A DNA stretch of 64,000 nt from Acidimicrobiales bacterium (lineage in GTDB: Bacteria > Actinomycetota > Acidimicrobiia > Acidimicrobiales > RAAP-2), in contig DASZMA010000096.1 in NCBI GenBank assembly GCA_035552095.1, positions 26,883 to 90,882 of the forward strand, given 5' to 3'. Shown one piece after another: positions 26,585 to 35,847 of this stretch. Each line of letters opens with the position of its first letter. Position 1 is the stretch's first letter. The notes beneath the pieces are model-generated. The model did not search any database, was not told the DNA's origin, and worked only from the letters and a program-made list of their open reading frames with translations. A program made the position numbers and the translations under genes.

Positions 26585-27868
26585 TCAAGGGTTGATGGGG
26601 GCCGACGCGGCCAGACTCTGGCCTTCCTGGGCGGTACGGGGTATCCGGCCGTGCCCGGCCATCTCGATCACGAATTTGGTGGCGGCCCGCACGCCGTTCA
26701 AGAACAGCTCATTCTGCTGGTCGGTGCTCAGATTGAAGTCAGTGGCGGTAAGGCCCGCATTGTCGACGAAGATGGTCCGGGCGGCGGTTGCGGCGTCAAC
26801 GCTATAGGCGTCCCATTCATTCATCATGGTGTGCAGACACCCCTTGGCTACCCCTAGCGCGCTCTGGGCCGCTTGGGTGGCCGGGAAGGTGGTTTGCAGC
26901 GATGACAGCTTGATCCCGATCGTGGGCCAACGCGGTGGGCCGCCATCAATACGGGCGAACGCGTTGATCGGGAAGTTCCGCAGCATGCCGCCATCGACCC
27001 AGGTGACGGTGCCGCCGTCGTAGTGGCGCGCAATGGTGGCGCCGCCGGGACCGGTGACGGCCACCTCGGCCGGCCCGGCCTGGAAGCTGACGGGCTCGAA
27101 GAAGAAGGGGATGGACATGGAGGCCCGGACGGCCGCCACCACGTCCTGGGCGTCCCGGTCCTGCCCGTAGAGGTCGTAGTCCCACGGCAGCCGAGCCAGT
27201 TCGCCCCGGGTGATGTCCGAGGTGTGGACCACCAGGCGGTACCGGCGCTCTTCGGGCAGGCTCATCCCGGGATCCTCGGCGGGGGTGATCTTCAGGTCGG
27301 CGAAAGTGCGCACGCCCAGAGTGTCGTGGAGGATCGGGCTGAGCCACTCGGCCAGGTAGTCGCCCGAGTAGAGACCCATGCGGTGGGACAGGATCTCGGC
27401 ATCGGCCAGAACCGTGCCCGGCTGGCCCAGGTGGTGGTCGAGGAAGTGGTGCAGCTTGCCCTCGGGCATGAAGCGGTCGAAGGAGAGCTGGCCCATGAAG
27501 CCGCGGAGCGACGTCATCGGCTGCGCCGCCTGGGAGATGGCCGCGATGAGGGCGGCGGCGATGGCCCCGGCGCTGGTGCCGGCCACCCGGGGAAAGCGAT
27601 AGCCCGCTTCCGACAGCGCCGAGACGGCCCCGACGATGCCGATGCCCTTGACCCCACCGCCCTCGAGGGCCAGATCGGCCACCAGCTCCGGAGGGTCGCC
27701 CGCCCCGGCCGACCAGCCATCGGCTTGCCGGAGCCGTTCCGCCGCCTGGGCGAACTCCTCCTGAAGCCGGGGATCTCGGGAGTAGCCGTAAGACTGCTCG
27801 GGGTCCATCACCGTCGTCTCGGTTGGCGCAGCGCCGTGGGGAACCGTCACCGGGGCCTCCTCAATCAA
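26585..27868 (-). CDS. Patatin-like phospholipase
   Basis: Oxyanion GGGVKGIG, nucleophile GTSAG and catalytic Asp context VDGGMLRNFP. 427 aa with a ~150 aa C-terminal extension. Confidence 0.85.
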   Translation of the reverse strand: MIEEAPVTVPHGAAPTETTVMDPEQSYGYSRDPRLQEEFAQAAERLRQADGWSAGAGDPPELVADLALEGGGVKGIGIVGAVSALSEAGYRFPRVAGTSAGAIAAALIAAISQAAQPMTSLRGFMGQLSFDRFMPEGKLHHFLDHHLGQPGTVLADAEILSHRMGLYSGDYLAEWLSPILHDTLGVRTFADLKITPAEDPGMSLPEERRYRLVVHTSDITRGELARLPWDYDLYGQDRDAQDVVAAVRASMSIPFFFEPVSFQAGPAEVAVTGPGGATIARHYDGGTVTWVDGGMLRNFPINAFARIDGGPPRWPTIGIKLSSLQTTFPATQAAQSALGVAKGCLHTMMNEWDAYSVDAATAARTIFVDNAGLTATDFNLSTDQQNELFLNGVRAATKFVIEMAGHGRIPRTAQEGQSLAASAPINP

Positions 27869-27904
27869 CCTCAGCCGCCGGGTCTCCCGGCGGGCCTGGC
27901 AGGG

Positions 27905-28198
27905 CTACAAACCGAGCGTCCCGTAGGTGTTGCACAGCCCGAGCGCCTCAATAAGAAGAAAGGCCGAGACGATGGCGCCAACCACCGGAAGGCGCCAGCG
28001 GGAGCCGCCGCGCGCCATGGACGGTGGCATGTACCACTGGGGCAGGGCGCCGGCGAACTGGGCCAGGTGCACGCTGAGCGGGACGGCATCCTCAGCCAGC
28101 GGTGCCGAGGGATCGGCGGCCAGGGCCAGGGTGGTCAGCTCCTCGTCGGTCAGCTCACCTGGTGCATCGAACTCGACATCGTCACTCACCGTGGCCAC
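27905..28198 (-). CDS. Small hypothetical protein with C-terminal TM anchor
   Basis: Acidic N-terminus (DDVEFDAPGELTDEELTTLALAADP) and a C-terminal TM segment (LPVVGAIVSAFLLIEALGL). It sits between htrA and patatin on the same strand. The start is uncertain (GTG 28198, or further upstream to 28369). Confidence 0.4.
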   Translation of the reverse strand: MATVSDDVEFDAPGELTDEELTTLALAADPSAPLAEDAVPLSVHLAQFAGALPQWYMPPSMARGGSRWRLPVVGAIVSAFLLIEALGLCNTYGTLGL

Positions 28199-28390
28199 CT
28201 TCCTGGCAGTGCTGCCGAGCGTACCGGGAAATAGAGCTGCCTGAGCTGCGGGAAAACAACTCAGACAGCGGAGCGATCCTATCGAGCGGCGCCGCCCCGG
28301 CCGACCGGCGCCACCGGCGGGGATCACATCAGGCCGCCCGGCGGGGATGGCCGGGTCCCGCTGAGGCATGCGGTCCCGGCCATCCCCGAC

Positions 28391-29941
28391 CTACTGCGGC
28401 GGCCCCGACGTGAGCTGGACCGTGGCCGTGTGCGACTGGCCCGAGGAGTCCGTCCAGCCGATGGACACCTTGTCCCCGGGATGGTGAGGGGCGAGCAGGG
28501 TGGTCAGCGACTGCGGCGTCGTCACCGTCTGGCTGTTGACCGAGGTGATGACATCGCCGGGGGCCAGCCCGGCTTCCTGCGCCGGGGAGCTGGTCACCAC
28601 GACGGCCACCACCGCTCCCGAGCTGGACGAGCTGTTGTTGCCGCTACTGCCCGAGCCCCCGAAACCGCCGAAGCCCGGCCCGCTGTTGGTCGACGCCACG
28701 TCGACCTCGACCCCGAGGAACGCGGTCGCCCCGATGTGGATGGCGGACGAGGAGTTGCCCGATTCGATGGACTTGGCCAACGAGACGGCCTCGTTTATCG
28801 GGATGGCGTAGCCCTGGTTGCCCGACGAACCGCCCTGGGACTGGAAGGAGAACCCGGCGGAGGCGGCCGTGTCCATCCCGACGACCTGACCCGACGTGTT
28901 GACCAGCGCTCCGCCGGAGTCGCCGGCCTGAATATCGGCGTTGGTCTCAATGAGGTTGCTGAGCTGCTCCGAGCTGGAGTCGCCTTCATCGCTGGCGGTG
29001 ATCGACTGGTTGAGGGCCGTCACGGTCCCACCGGCCGCGCTGGGCGTCCCGCCCGTTCCACCGGCATTGCCGATGCCCACCACGTCCTGGCCCACCGACA
29101 CGTTGGACGAGTTGCCGAGATCGGCCGTCTTCAGTCCCGAGGCGTTGTGCAGCTGCAGGACGGCGATGTCCTGCGTCCGGTCGTAGCCCACCACACTGGC
29201 CGAGTAGGTCTTCCCGTTGCCGACGTCAGTGACGCTGATGGTGGTGGCCCCGTCAATGACGTGGTTGTTGGTGAGGATCTCGCCGTTGGAGGTGAGGACG
29301 ATGCCGGTGCCGGCGGCCTGTTCCTGGGCGTACCCGAGCGAGGTGTTGATGTCGACCAGCCCGGGGTCGACCTTGGCCGCAATGGCCGAGACGTCGCTCG
29401 GACCACCCGAGGCCGACGACCCGTTACCGGTTGACCCCGAACCACCGAATCCGAAAGGGGATCCGTTGGAGCCGGTCGAGCCCGAGCCCGAACTCGATGA
29501 CGGGGGCGCGGTCGCGCTGGTCGAGGAGGTGGGCGACGTGTTGTCCTTCCAGGCCCCGTGGCCGATGCCCACACCGGCGGCCAGGGCGACCACTGCCGCG
29601 CTGGCGATCAGCGCCCCGTTGCGGAGTCGGTGCTGGGCGGGGCGCGGTGGGCTGGGGTCGGACGGGGGCGCCCAGTGGGCGAATCCCGGATCGGTGGGCG
29701 GTCCTCCGTAGCCCGCGCCCGTGGGCGGCGTCAGCTGCGGATTGCCGGTCAAGGCGCCCAGGGCGTACGAGCCGGTGGGCTCGGCGCCAGGGGTTAGGGG
29801 TGGGTAGCCGGCGGGTGGGGTGGGGCTCGGTGGGGCCGGCGGAGCCGACTCTCCGGCGGCCGGCATGGGAATCGGGTCCATGCCTGGCTGGGATTCCCCG
29901 GGCGCCTCGTCGTTCGCTGCTCCGAACTGGTCGTCGCTCAT
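28391..29941 (-). CDS. HtrA/PepD-like S1C serine protease with PDZ domain
   Basis: Triad contexts TNNHV, DIAVLQL and GDSGGAL. C-terminal PDZ (SPAQEAGLAPGDVITSVN). Pro-rich N-terminus followed by a TM segment. Confidence 0.85.
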   Translation of the reverse strand: MSDDQFGAANDEAPGESQPGMDPIPMPAAGESAPPAPPSPTPPAGYPPLTPGAEPTGSYALGALTGNPQLTPPTGAGYGGPPTDPGFAHWAPPSDPSPPRPAQHRLRNGALIASAAVVALAAGVGIGHGAWKDNTSPTSSTSATAPPSSSSGSGSTGSNGSPFGFGGSGSTGNGSSASGGPSDVSAIAAKVDPGLVDINTSLGYAQEQAAGTGIVLTSNGEILTNNHVIDGATTISVTDVGNGKTYSASVVGYDRTQDIAVLQLHNASGLKTADLGNSSNVSVGQDVVGIGNAGGTGGTPSAAGGTVTALNQSITASDEGDSSSEQLSNLIETNADIQAGDSGGALVNTSGQVVGMDTAASAGFSFQSQGGSSGNQGYAIPINEAVSLAKSIESGNSSSAIHIGATAFLGVEVDVASTNSGPGFGGFGGSGSSGNNSSSSSGAVVAVVVTSSPAQEAGLAPGDVITSVNSQTVTTPQSLTTLLAPHHPGDKVSIGWTDSSGQSHTATVQLTSGPPQ

Positions 29942-30185
29942 TGTCTCTCCTCACCAGTGCCTCCACCATGGAGGCCGTGGTTATGGATCCATTGGACCGT
30001 GGCCAGATGTGCGCCAGGTCAGGGAAAGTTATGAGCGGGATAAATCTTCTCTGTGCCCGTCCGGACGTGGGCCGCCCGTCTGGGGGAGGCCTCAGGCTTG
30101 GAAAGAGGGTCGATCACGCCCCTGTCACCCGGCCCGCGCAATACATTCTTGGCAGCGGCCCCGGGCAGCGGAGGAGAGGTCGGAC

Positions 30186-31787
30186 ATGGCGGACGAAGAG
30201 GTGACGGGCCCCCACCCTGATGGGCGGCTCCTGTCCCGGCGCCAGGTGCTGGCGGCCGGCGCCCTGCTGGGAACCGCCTCGATCACCGCGGGAGGCGTGA
30301 CCCAGGCCGCTACGAAGGGGCCGGCAGCATCGCCAACCGGCGCCGGCACCCTCTCCGACATTGAGCACGTCGTGATCCTGATGCAGGAGAACCGGTCTTT
30401 CGACCACTACTTCGGGACGCTGTCGGGTGTCCGAGGCTTTGACGATCCGGCGGCCATGAGCCGGCCCGGCGGCCGGTCGGTCTTCGCTCAGCCCGACATC
30501 GACCTGGCTCAGAACCCGTCACGGCTGCCGTTTGTCCTCCCGTGGCATCTCGACTCCAAGACCACCAGTGCCCAGAACGCGCAGGATCTCAGCCATGCCT
30601 GGTCCGTCCAGCACCTGAGCTGGAACGAGGGCCTGATGGACGGGTTCGTCACCTCGCACCGGCTGGCTGACGACGTGCTGGACCGCATCCCCGGTGTGAT
30701 CCCCGTCACCAACTACGGCCCGCTGACCATGGGCTACTTCACCCGGGCCGACATCCCGTTCCACTACGCGCTGGCCGATGCCTTCACCATCTGTGACGCC
30801 TACCACTGCTCGGTGTTCGGGCCGACCAACCCCAACCGCATTATGTCCATGTCTGGCACCATCGACCCCGACGGCAGCCTGGGCGGCGGCCCCTGCATCG
30901 ACAACTCGCAATCGAACGGGCAGCTCCAATGGGAGAGCTATCCCGAACGGCTCCAGAAGGCGGGCATCGACTGGTACCTCTACCAGGAGACCGACAACTT
31001 CACCGACAACATGCTGCCCTTCTTCAAGGCGTTCACGGACACCACGACCGATCTCTACCGGCGCGGCAACAGTTTCATCCCCACGCCGAAGGGGCAACCG
31101 TATGGCCCGGCGCTGGCCGCCAAGCTCCGAGCGGACGTGGTGTCGGGCCACCTGCCCCAGGTGTCGTGGATCGTCGGCAGCTACCTCAACTCCGAGCACC
31201 CCGAGGCGGCACCCAGCTACGGGGCCAACTTCACGGCCCAGGTTATTGCGGCCCTCATGGCCGACCCGGCCGTCTGGGCCAAGACGGCGCTCATCCTCAA
31301 CTTCGATGAGAACGACGGTTTCTTCGATCACGTGGTCCCGCCCACGCCGCCTCTGGGCACGGCCGGGGAGTACCTGAGCCTGGCGGCCGACCTGGGCAAT
31401 CCGGTCAGCTCCTTCGGGATCCCGGGACCGGTGGGGTTGGGCTTCCGCGTGCCCATGATGATGATCTCGCCGTTCAGTCGCGGCGGCCTCTGCTGCAGCG
31501 ATGTCTTCGACCACACTTCGACACTCTTCTTCCTGGAGAAGCGCTTCGGGGTGGAGGTGCCGTACGTGAGCCAGTGGCGGCGCCGGACGGTGGGCGACCT
31601 GACGTCGACCCTCAACTTCGCCGCCGGACCGGACATGACGGTGCCCGAGCTGCCCAACACCGACCTGCTGGCCTGGGTGGCCTACTGGGAGCAGAGCCAC
31701 TTGCCGGCGCCGCTCATGCCCGCGACCCAGCGCATGCCGACCCAGGAAGCGGGGCCGCGCCGGCCCCGGCCGAGCGGACCGGTCTGA
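30186..31787 (+). CDS. Phospholipase C / phosphoesterase family, M. tuberculosis Plc-like, Tat-exported
   Basis: Twin-arginine signal SRRQVLAAGALLG. The motif IEHVVILMQENRSFDHYFGT is colinear with my recollection of PlcA-D. ATG 30186 is preceded by GGAGGAGAGG. Confidence 0.85.
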   Translation: MADEEVTGPHPDGRLLSRRQVLAAGALLGTASITAGGVTQAATKGPAASPTGAGTLSDIEHVVILMQENRSFDHYFGTLSGVRGFDDPAAMSRPGGRSVFAQPDIDLAQNPSRLPFVLPWHLDSKTTSAQNAQDLSHAWSVQHLSWNEGLMDGFVTSHRLADDVLDRIPGVIPVTNYGPLTMGYFTRADIPFHYALADAFTICDAYHCSVFGPTNPNRIMSMSGTIDPDGSLGGGPCIDNSQSNGQLQWESYPERLQKAGIDWYLYQETDNFTDNMLPFFKAFTDTTTDLYRRGNSFIPTPKGQPYGPALAAKLRADVVSGHLPQVSWIVGSYLNSEHPEAAPSYGANFTAQVIAALMADPAVWAKTALILNFDENDGFFDHVVPPTPPLGTAGEYLSLAADLGNPVSSFGIPGPVGLGFRVPMMMISPFSRGGLCCSDVFDHTSTLFFLEKRFGVEVPYVSQWRRRTVGDLTSTLNFAAGPDMTVPELPNTDLLAWVAYWEQSHLPAPLMPATQRMPTQEAGPRRPRPSGPV

Positions 31788-31799
31788 GCAGGTGCGGTC

Positions 31800-34541
31800 T
31801 CAGCTGGCCTGAACGGTGAGGACCACCGGCGGCAATGTCCGGCCGTCGCTGGTGTGCAGTTGCACGGTGAGCACGTGCGCGCCGGCCGTGGCCGCCGTGA
31901 CGGTGAGCGACTGTGCGGTCTGCCCCGCCGGGCCGCAGGCGGTCGAGTGCACGGTGAACACCCCGCTGCTCGGCGCGGCAACCAGGCCGTCGGCACTGCT
32001 GGCGCTCCAATCGACCGTCGAGGTTCCGGCGGCGGCTTGGCGCAGGCCGAGCTGCACCGTGGCCGGTTGTCCCACCTGAATCGTCGTTCCGCCGCTCGGA
32101 AAGGAGTACCCGACGGCCGGCAGGCGACCGGTGGCGAAGGAGGGGGGACGGTCCGCCGCTGATGATCCCCAGGCGGGATCGGGCGTCTTGGCCAGGCCGT
32201 AGGTGAGGGTGCCCCCGCTGGTGATGACCGAAGCCGGCAGCCAGGGCCGGGTCCAGCCACTGCCCGGTGGCGGTTCGGACGACGCGGCGCCGGTGCCACA
32301 GGTGGCCGCCGTCTTCGGAGCCGCGATGCCGCGCGCCCGCAGGGAGTGGATGAAGGGGGTGGAGGCCGAGGCTGCGGGCGCGTGGAGGGTGAGGTGCCGG
32401 CCATCGGGCAGGGTGAGGTCGACCAACGGGAAGAGGGGGCTGCCCAGCGCCAGGTCGGCCGACCCGGGAGTGACGGGGTAGAGGCCGATGGCGGCCCAGA
32501 CATACCAGGAGGAGAGCGCGCCCAGGTCGTCATTTCCCGGTTCGTTGGCCGGGGTGTCCGAGTAGAGGGTGTCGACGATCCGGCGCACCACGCTCTGGGT
32601 CTGGCTCGGCGCGCCGAAGTAGTCGTACTCCCACGGCGTCCCGAGACTGGGCTCGTTGCCCGCCCAGTCGTAGGGGAAGTCCCGGCTGGCGTTCAAGGTT
32701 GTGAAGAACGAGTTCAACTTGGCCACGGCCTGACCGTTGCCGCCCATGAGGCTGGCCAGCGCGGACAGGTCCTGCGGCACCGACCAGGTGTACTGGATCC
32801 CGTTGCCCTCCTCGAACCCGGTCTGCCCACCTGGTTCGAGTTGTGAGAACGAGAAGGCGGGCCCGGGAGCAAAGCTCCCGCCCGTGGTGCGAGCCTGCAG
32901 GTACCCGGTTGAAGGGTTGAACAGGTACTCCCAGTTGTGGGCGCGCGCCATCATGGTCGCGTACAGGGAGCGGTCACCCTGGCTCAAAGCCAGCTGGGCG
33001 ATGGAGAAATCGTCCAGGGCGTACTCGAGGGTGACCGAGCCGCCGATGGAGTAGTCGATCGACGTGAGATCGAGCGAAGCGGCGTTGACGTAGTGCTGGG
33101 TCAGGTACTGGCTCAGGTACTGCCGTTCGATCTCGAGTCCGTGTCCGGTCTCGTCCCTGGTGGCGCCCTTCACCATGGCTTTGAGCGCGTTCCTGACGTC
33201 AAAGTTACGGATCCCGAAGGCGTAGGCGGCTGCGATGATGGGATCGGCTGAGTCGCCGTTCATCTGCGAGGCGTCACCGGCCACGATGGCCCACTTGGGA
33301 AGCCAACCCCCCTGGTCGGCGTCATTGACGAGCGACTGGATCATGTCGCCGACCTGATGCGGTGCCACCACGGACTCCAGCTCAACTTCGGAGCGGTAGA
33401 TGTCCCACTCGGAGAAGTTGGCGTATTGGGACCGGGTGGTCGACCGGTGCACCTTGCCGTCGGCTCCGCTGTACGCACCGTTGTCGTCGCTGACCACGTT
33501 GGGGTGGAGCAGCGAGTGGTACAGCGCGGTGTAGAGCGTCCGCTGCTGGGCGGCGGTACCGCCGCCGACGCCCACCCGCCCCAGTAGCTGGTTCCACTTC
33601 GAGGTGGCCTGTGACTCGACGTGGCTGAGTGACCAACCTGGGTCTTCGGCCTTAAGGTTGTCCGCCGCGTCGTGCACGCTGACGAAGGAGACACCCACCT
33701 TCATCAACACCACCGGGTCGGCGTCGGCGTTGAAAGTGACGTAGGCACCGCAGGTGGCACCCCGGCATTGCGTGCGGCCGGGCGAGACGACCGATCCCAA
33801 CCAGGCGCCGGCCACCGAGAAGGATCGGTTGAACCGGGCCACAAAGTAGAGCGTGTAGTTGGTGCCGGTGCCGCAGAACTGGCCACTGGTCACCTGACCC
33901 GTGATCTCGTCGTGACCGGAAAGCTGGAAGCTCGAACGGCTGACCGGATTGGCACTGCCGGCCACCTTGAAGAGCACATTGGCCTCGGACGTGTGCGGGA
34001 AGCTGAAGCGCGACAGACCCGTCCGGGTGGTAACCGACAGCTCGGTCTGCACCGGCGCGGGCCCCAACGTCACCCGGTAGCGCCCGGGGGAGGCGTGCTC
34101 TCGCGCGTGCGAGAACGAATCGCTGGCCAGCTCGGGATTGCCCCCGATCGGTCCGACCGTGGGGAGGATCGGCACGTCGCCGTAGGCGGCGCACCCGGTC
34201 CCACTCAAGTGGGTCAGGCTGAATCCCGAGATCTGGGAGTCGGCGTAGGAATAGCCGCCACCGGCCCCGGCGGCATTGGGCGTGGTGTCGGGACTCCACT
34301 GCATCATCCCGAAGGGCACGTCGGCCCCGGGGAACTCACCGACTGTCCCCGGGCTGACCGGCCCGGTGCCGGTGCCGTCGATCGGGTTGACCAGTCGGCT
34401 GGGGTCCGGGATCAGTGGGGGCACATGAGACGCCGCCGCCGGCGCCGCTCCCGGACCCAGGACGATCACGCCGGCGACCAGGATCAGCGCGGTCGCACTC
34501 ATGAAGAGCACGACCGCCCGCGCCCGCCGCCTCACCGGCAC
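31800..34541 (-). CDS. GH92-family alpha-mannosidase-like glycoside hydrolase with C-terminal Ig-like domain, secreted
   Basis: Signal peptide present. The N-terminal VNPIDGTGTG...PGADVPFGMMQWSPDT is typical of GH92. 913 aa. Confidence 0.75.
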   Translation of the reverse strand: MPVRRRARAVVLFMSATALILVAGVIVLGPGAAPAAASHVPPLIPDPSRLVNPIDGTGTGPVSPGTVGEFPGADVPFGMMQWSPDTTPNAAGAGGGYSYADSQISGFSLTHLSGTGCAAYGDVPILPTVGPIGGNPELASDSFSHAREHASPGRYRVTLGPAPVQTELSVTTRTGLSRFSFPHTSEANVLFKVAGSANPVSRSSFQLSGHDEITGQVTSGQFCGTGTNYTLYFVARFNRSFSVAGAWLGSVVSPGRTQCRGATCGAYVTFNADADPVVLMKVGVSFVSVHDAADNLKAEDPGWSLSHVESQATSKWNQLLGRVGVGGGTAAQQRTLYTALYHSLLHPNVVSDDNGAYSGADGKVHRSTTRSQYANFSEWDIYRSEVELESVVAPHQVGDMIQSLVNDADQGGWLPKWAIVAGDASQMNGDSADPIIAAAYAFGIRNFDVRNALKAMVKGATRDETGHGLEIERQYLSQYLTQHYVNAASLDLTSIDYSIGGSVTLEYALDDFSIAQLALSQGDRSLYATMMARAHNWEYLFNPSTGYLQARTTGGSFAPGPAFSFSQLEPGGQTGFEEGNGIQYTWSVPQDLSALASLMGGNGQAVAKLNSFFTTLNASRDFPYDWAGNEPSLGTPWEYDYFGAPSQTQSVVRRIVDTLYSDTPANEPGNDDLGALSSWYVWAAIGLYPVTPGSADLALGSPLFPLVDLTLPDGRHLTLHAPAASASTPFIHSLRARGIAAPKTAATCGTGAASSEPPPGSGWTRPWLPASVITSGGTLTYGLAKTPDPAWGSSAADRPPSFATGRLPAVGYSFPSGGTTIQVGQPATVQLGLRQAAAGTSTVDWSASSADGLVAAPSSGVFTVHSTACGPAGQTAQSLTVTAATAGAHVLTVQLHTSDGRTLPPVVLTVQAS

Positions 34542-34626
34542 CCCACCACAGGGACGACCGTAGCAAAGGTGGTGGGAAGGGCCCCTGGTCTACTGTCGCG
34601 GGCATGTCCAGCGGCCCAGTCGCGTC

Positions 34627-35472
34627 GTGAACATCGAACCAGTGGCCGGCGCGCTCGGGGCCACGGTCACCGGCCTCGATCTGACCAAGGTCACCGACAG
34701 CGAGCAGTTGGACGGGTTGCGCCAAGCCCTGGCTGACCACCTGGTGGTGTTCCTGCCCGAGCAACGCCTGAGTCTGAATGATCTGGAGCGGCTCACTGAT
34801 CTCCTGGGCGGCCGTGATGTCACCCCGTTCGTCAACCCGTTGGAGGACCGCCCCTTCGTCATCCGGGTCATCAAGGAGCCGGGTGATGCCTTGAACTTCG
34901 CCAACGCCTGGCACACCGACCTCAGCTATCTGCCGGCGCCCCCGTCCTACACGCTGTTGCACGCCTGGGACGTGCCCGATCACGGCGGTGACACCGTGTG
35001 GACGAATCAGCATCTGGCCTACGAGACTCTCTCCCGCGGCCTCAAGGAGACCTTGACCGGGCTACGGGTCGTGCACTCGGCCGGGCTCGCCTACGGCACC
35101 GGTGGCCTGCTGGACAAGGTCAAGGACCTCACGTCCATGGCCATAGCGCCGTCGCCCGAGGCCTACCAGGAGCACGTGCATCCCGCCGTGATCGCACACC
35201 CGGTGACCGAACGCCCCGCCCTCTACGTGAACCCGGTGTACACCAGCCGCTTCGAAGGTTGGATGCCCAACGAGTCGCAACCGCTGCTGGACCTTCTCTA
35301 TCGTCACAGCATCAACGAGAACTTCACTTGCCGGCTGCGCTGGCGGGTTAACACCTTGGCCATCTGGGACAACCGCTGCACCATGCACAACGCCCTCAAC
35401 GACTATTCAGGTGTCCGCCGCGAGATGTACCGCACCAGCGTCAAGGGATCGGTCCCGCAGGCGGTGCGCTGA
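34627..35472 (+). CDS. TauD/TfdA-family Fe(II)/2-oxoglutarate dioxygenase
   Basis: 281 aa. Family-typical N-terminus (GALGATVTGLDLTK...) and WHTDLSY, consistent with the HxD motif. Confidence 0.8.
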   Translation: MNIEPVAGALGATVTGLDLTKVTDSEQLDGLRQALADHLVVFLPEQRLSLNDLERLTDLLGGRDVTPFVNPLEDRPFVIRVIKEPGDALNFANAWHTDLSYLPAPPSYTLLHAWDVPDHGGDTVWTNQHLAYETLSRGLKETLTGLRVVHSAGLAYGTGGLLDKVKDLTSMAIAPSPEAYQEHVHPAVIAHPVTERPALYVNPVYTSRFEGWMPNESQPLLDLLYRHSINENFTCRLRWRVNTLAIWDNRCTMHNALNDYSGVRREMYRTSVKGSVPQAVR

Positions 35473-35549
35473 GGCCGAGACGAGCCCTTCGCGAGAACAG
35501 ACCTGTTTTCGGGGTTGACTGGTCATTTAAAGGGTCTATTTTGAGGTGA

Positions 35550-35828
35550 ATGACAACGGTGCCCCTCACCGAGGCGAAAGCCAAATTGAGCGAACTGGTT
35601 GACGACACGGTGCGTACCCATCAGAGGGTGACGATCACGAGACACGGAAAGCCGGCCGTGGTCATCATGGCGGTGGAGGATCTCGAAGCGATGGAGGAGA
35701 CAATGTTTTGGCAGGGTCAGCCCCGGCTTGAGGTCGATCTGGCCAATGGCCGAGCCGAGGCTGAGGCCGATGCATTGGTTGATGAAACCACGGTCCGCAG
35801 ACGCTTCGGCGTCGGATCGGCTCGGTGA
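35550..35828 (+). CDS. Phd/YefM-family type II antitoxin (no adjacent toxin)
   Basis: MTTVPLTEAKAKLSELVDDTVRTHQRVTITRHGKPAVVIMAVEDLEAMEETMFW is a textbook Phd/YefM N-domain. The next gene is convergent and starts 20 bp after the stop. Confidence 0.8.
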   Translation: MTTVPLTEAKAKLSELVDDTVRTHQRVTITRHGKPAVVIMAVEDLEAMEETMFWQGQPRLEVDLANGRAEAEADALVDETTVRRRFGVGSAR

Positions 35829-35847
35829 TCTCTTGAGTGGGTCGCCA

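Noticed and set aside
26585-27868. Patatin gene considered as the effector of a CBASS-like or other known anti-phage system.
   Set aside because: No cyclase, E1/E2, SMODS, sensor or other cognate defence gene lies in the neighbourhood. The flanking genes are an HtrA protease and lsr2.
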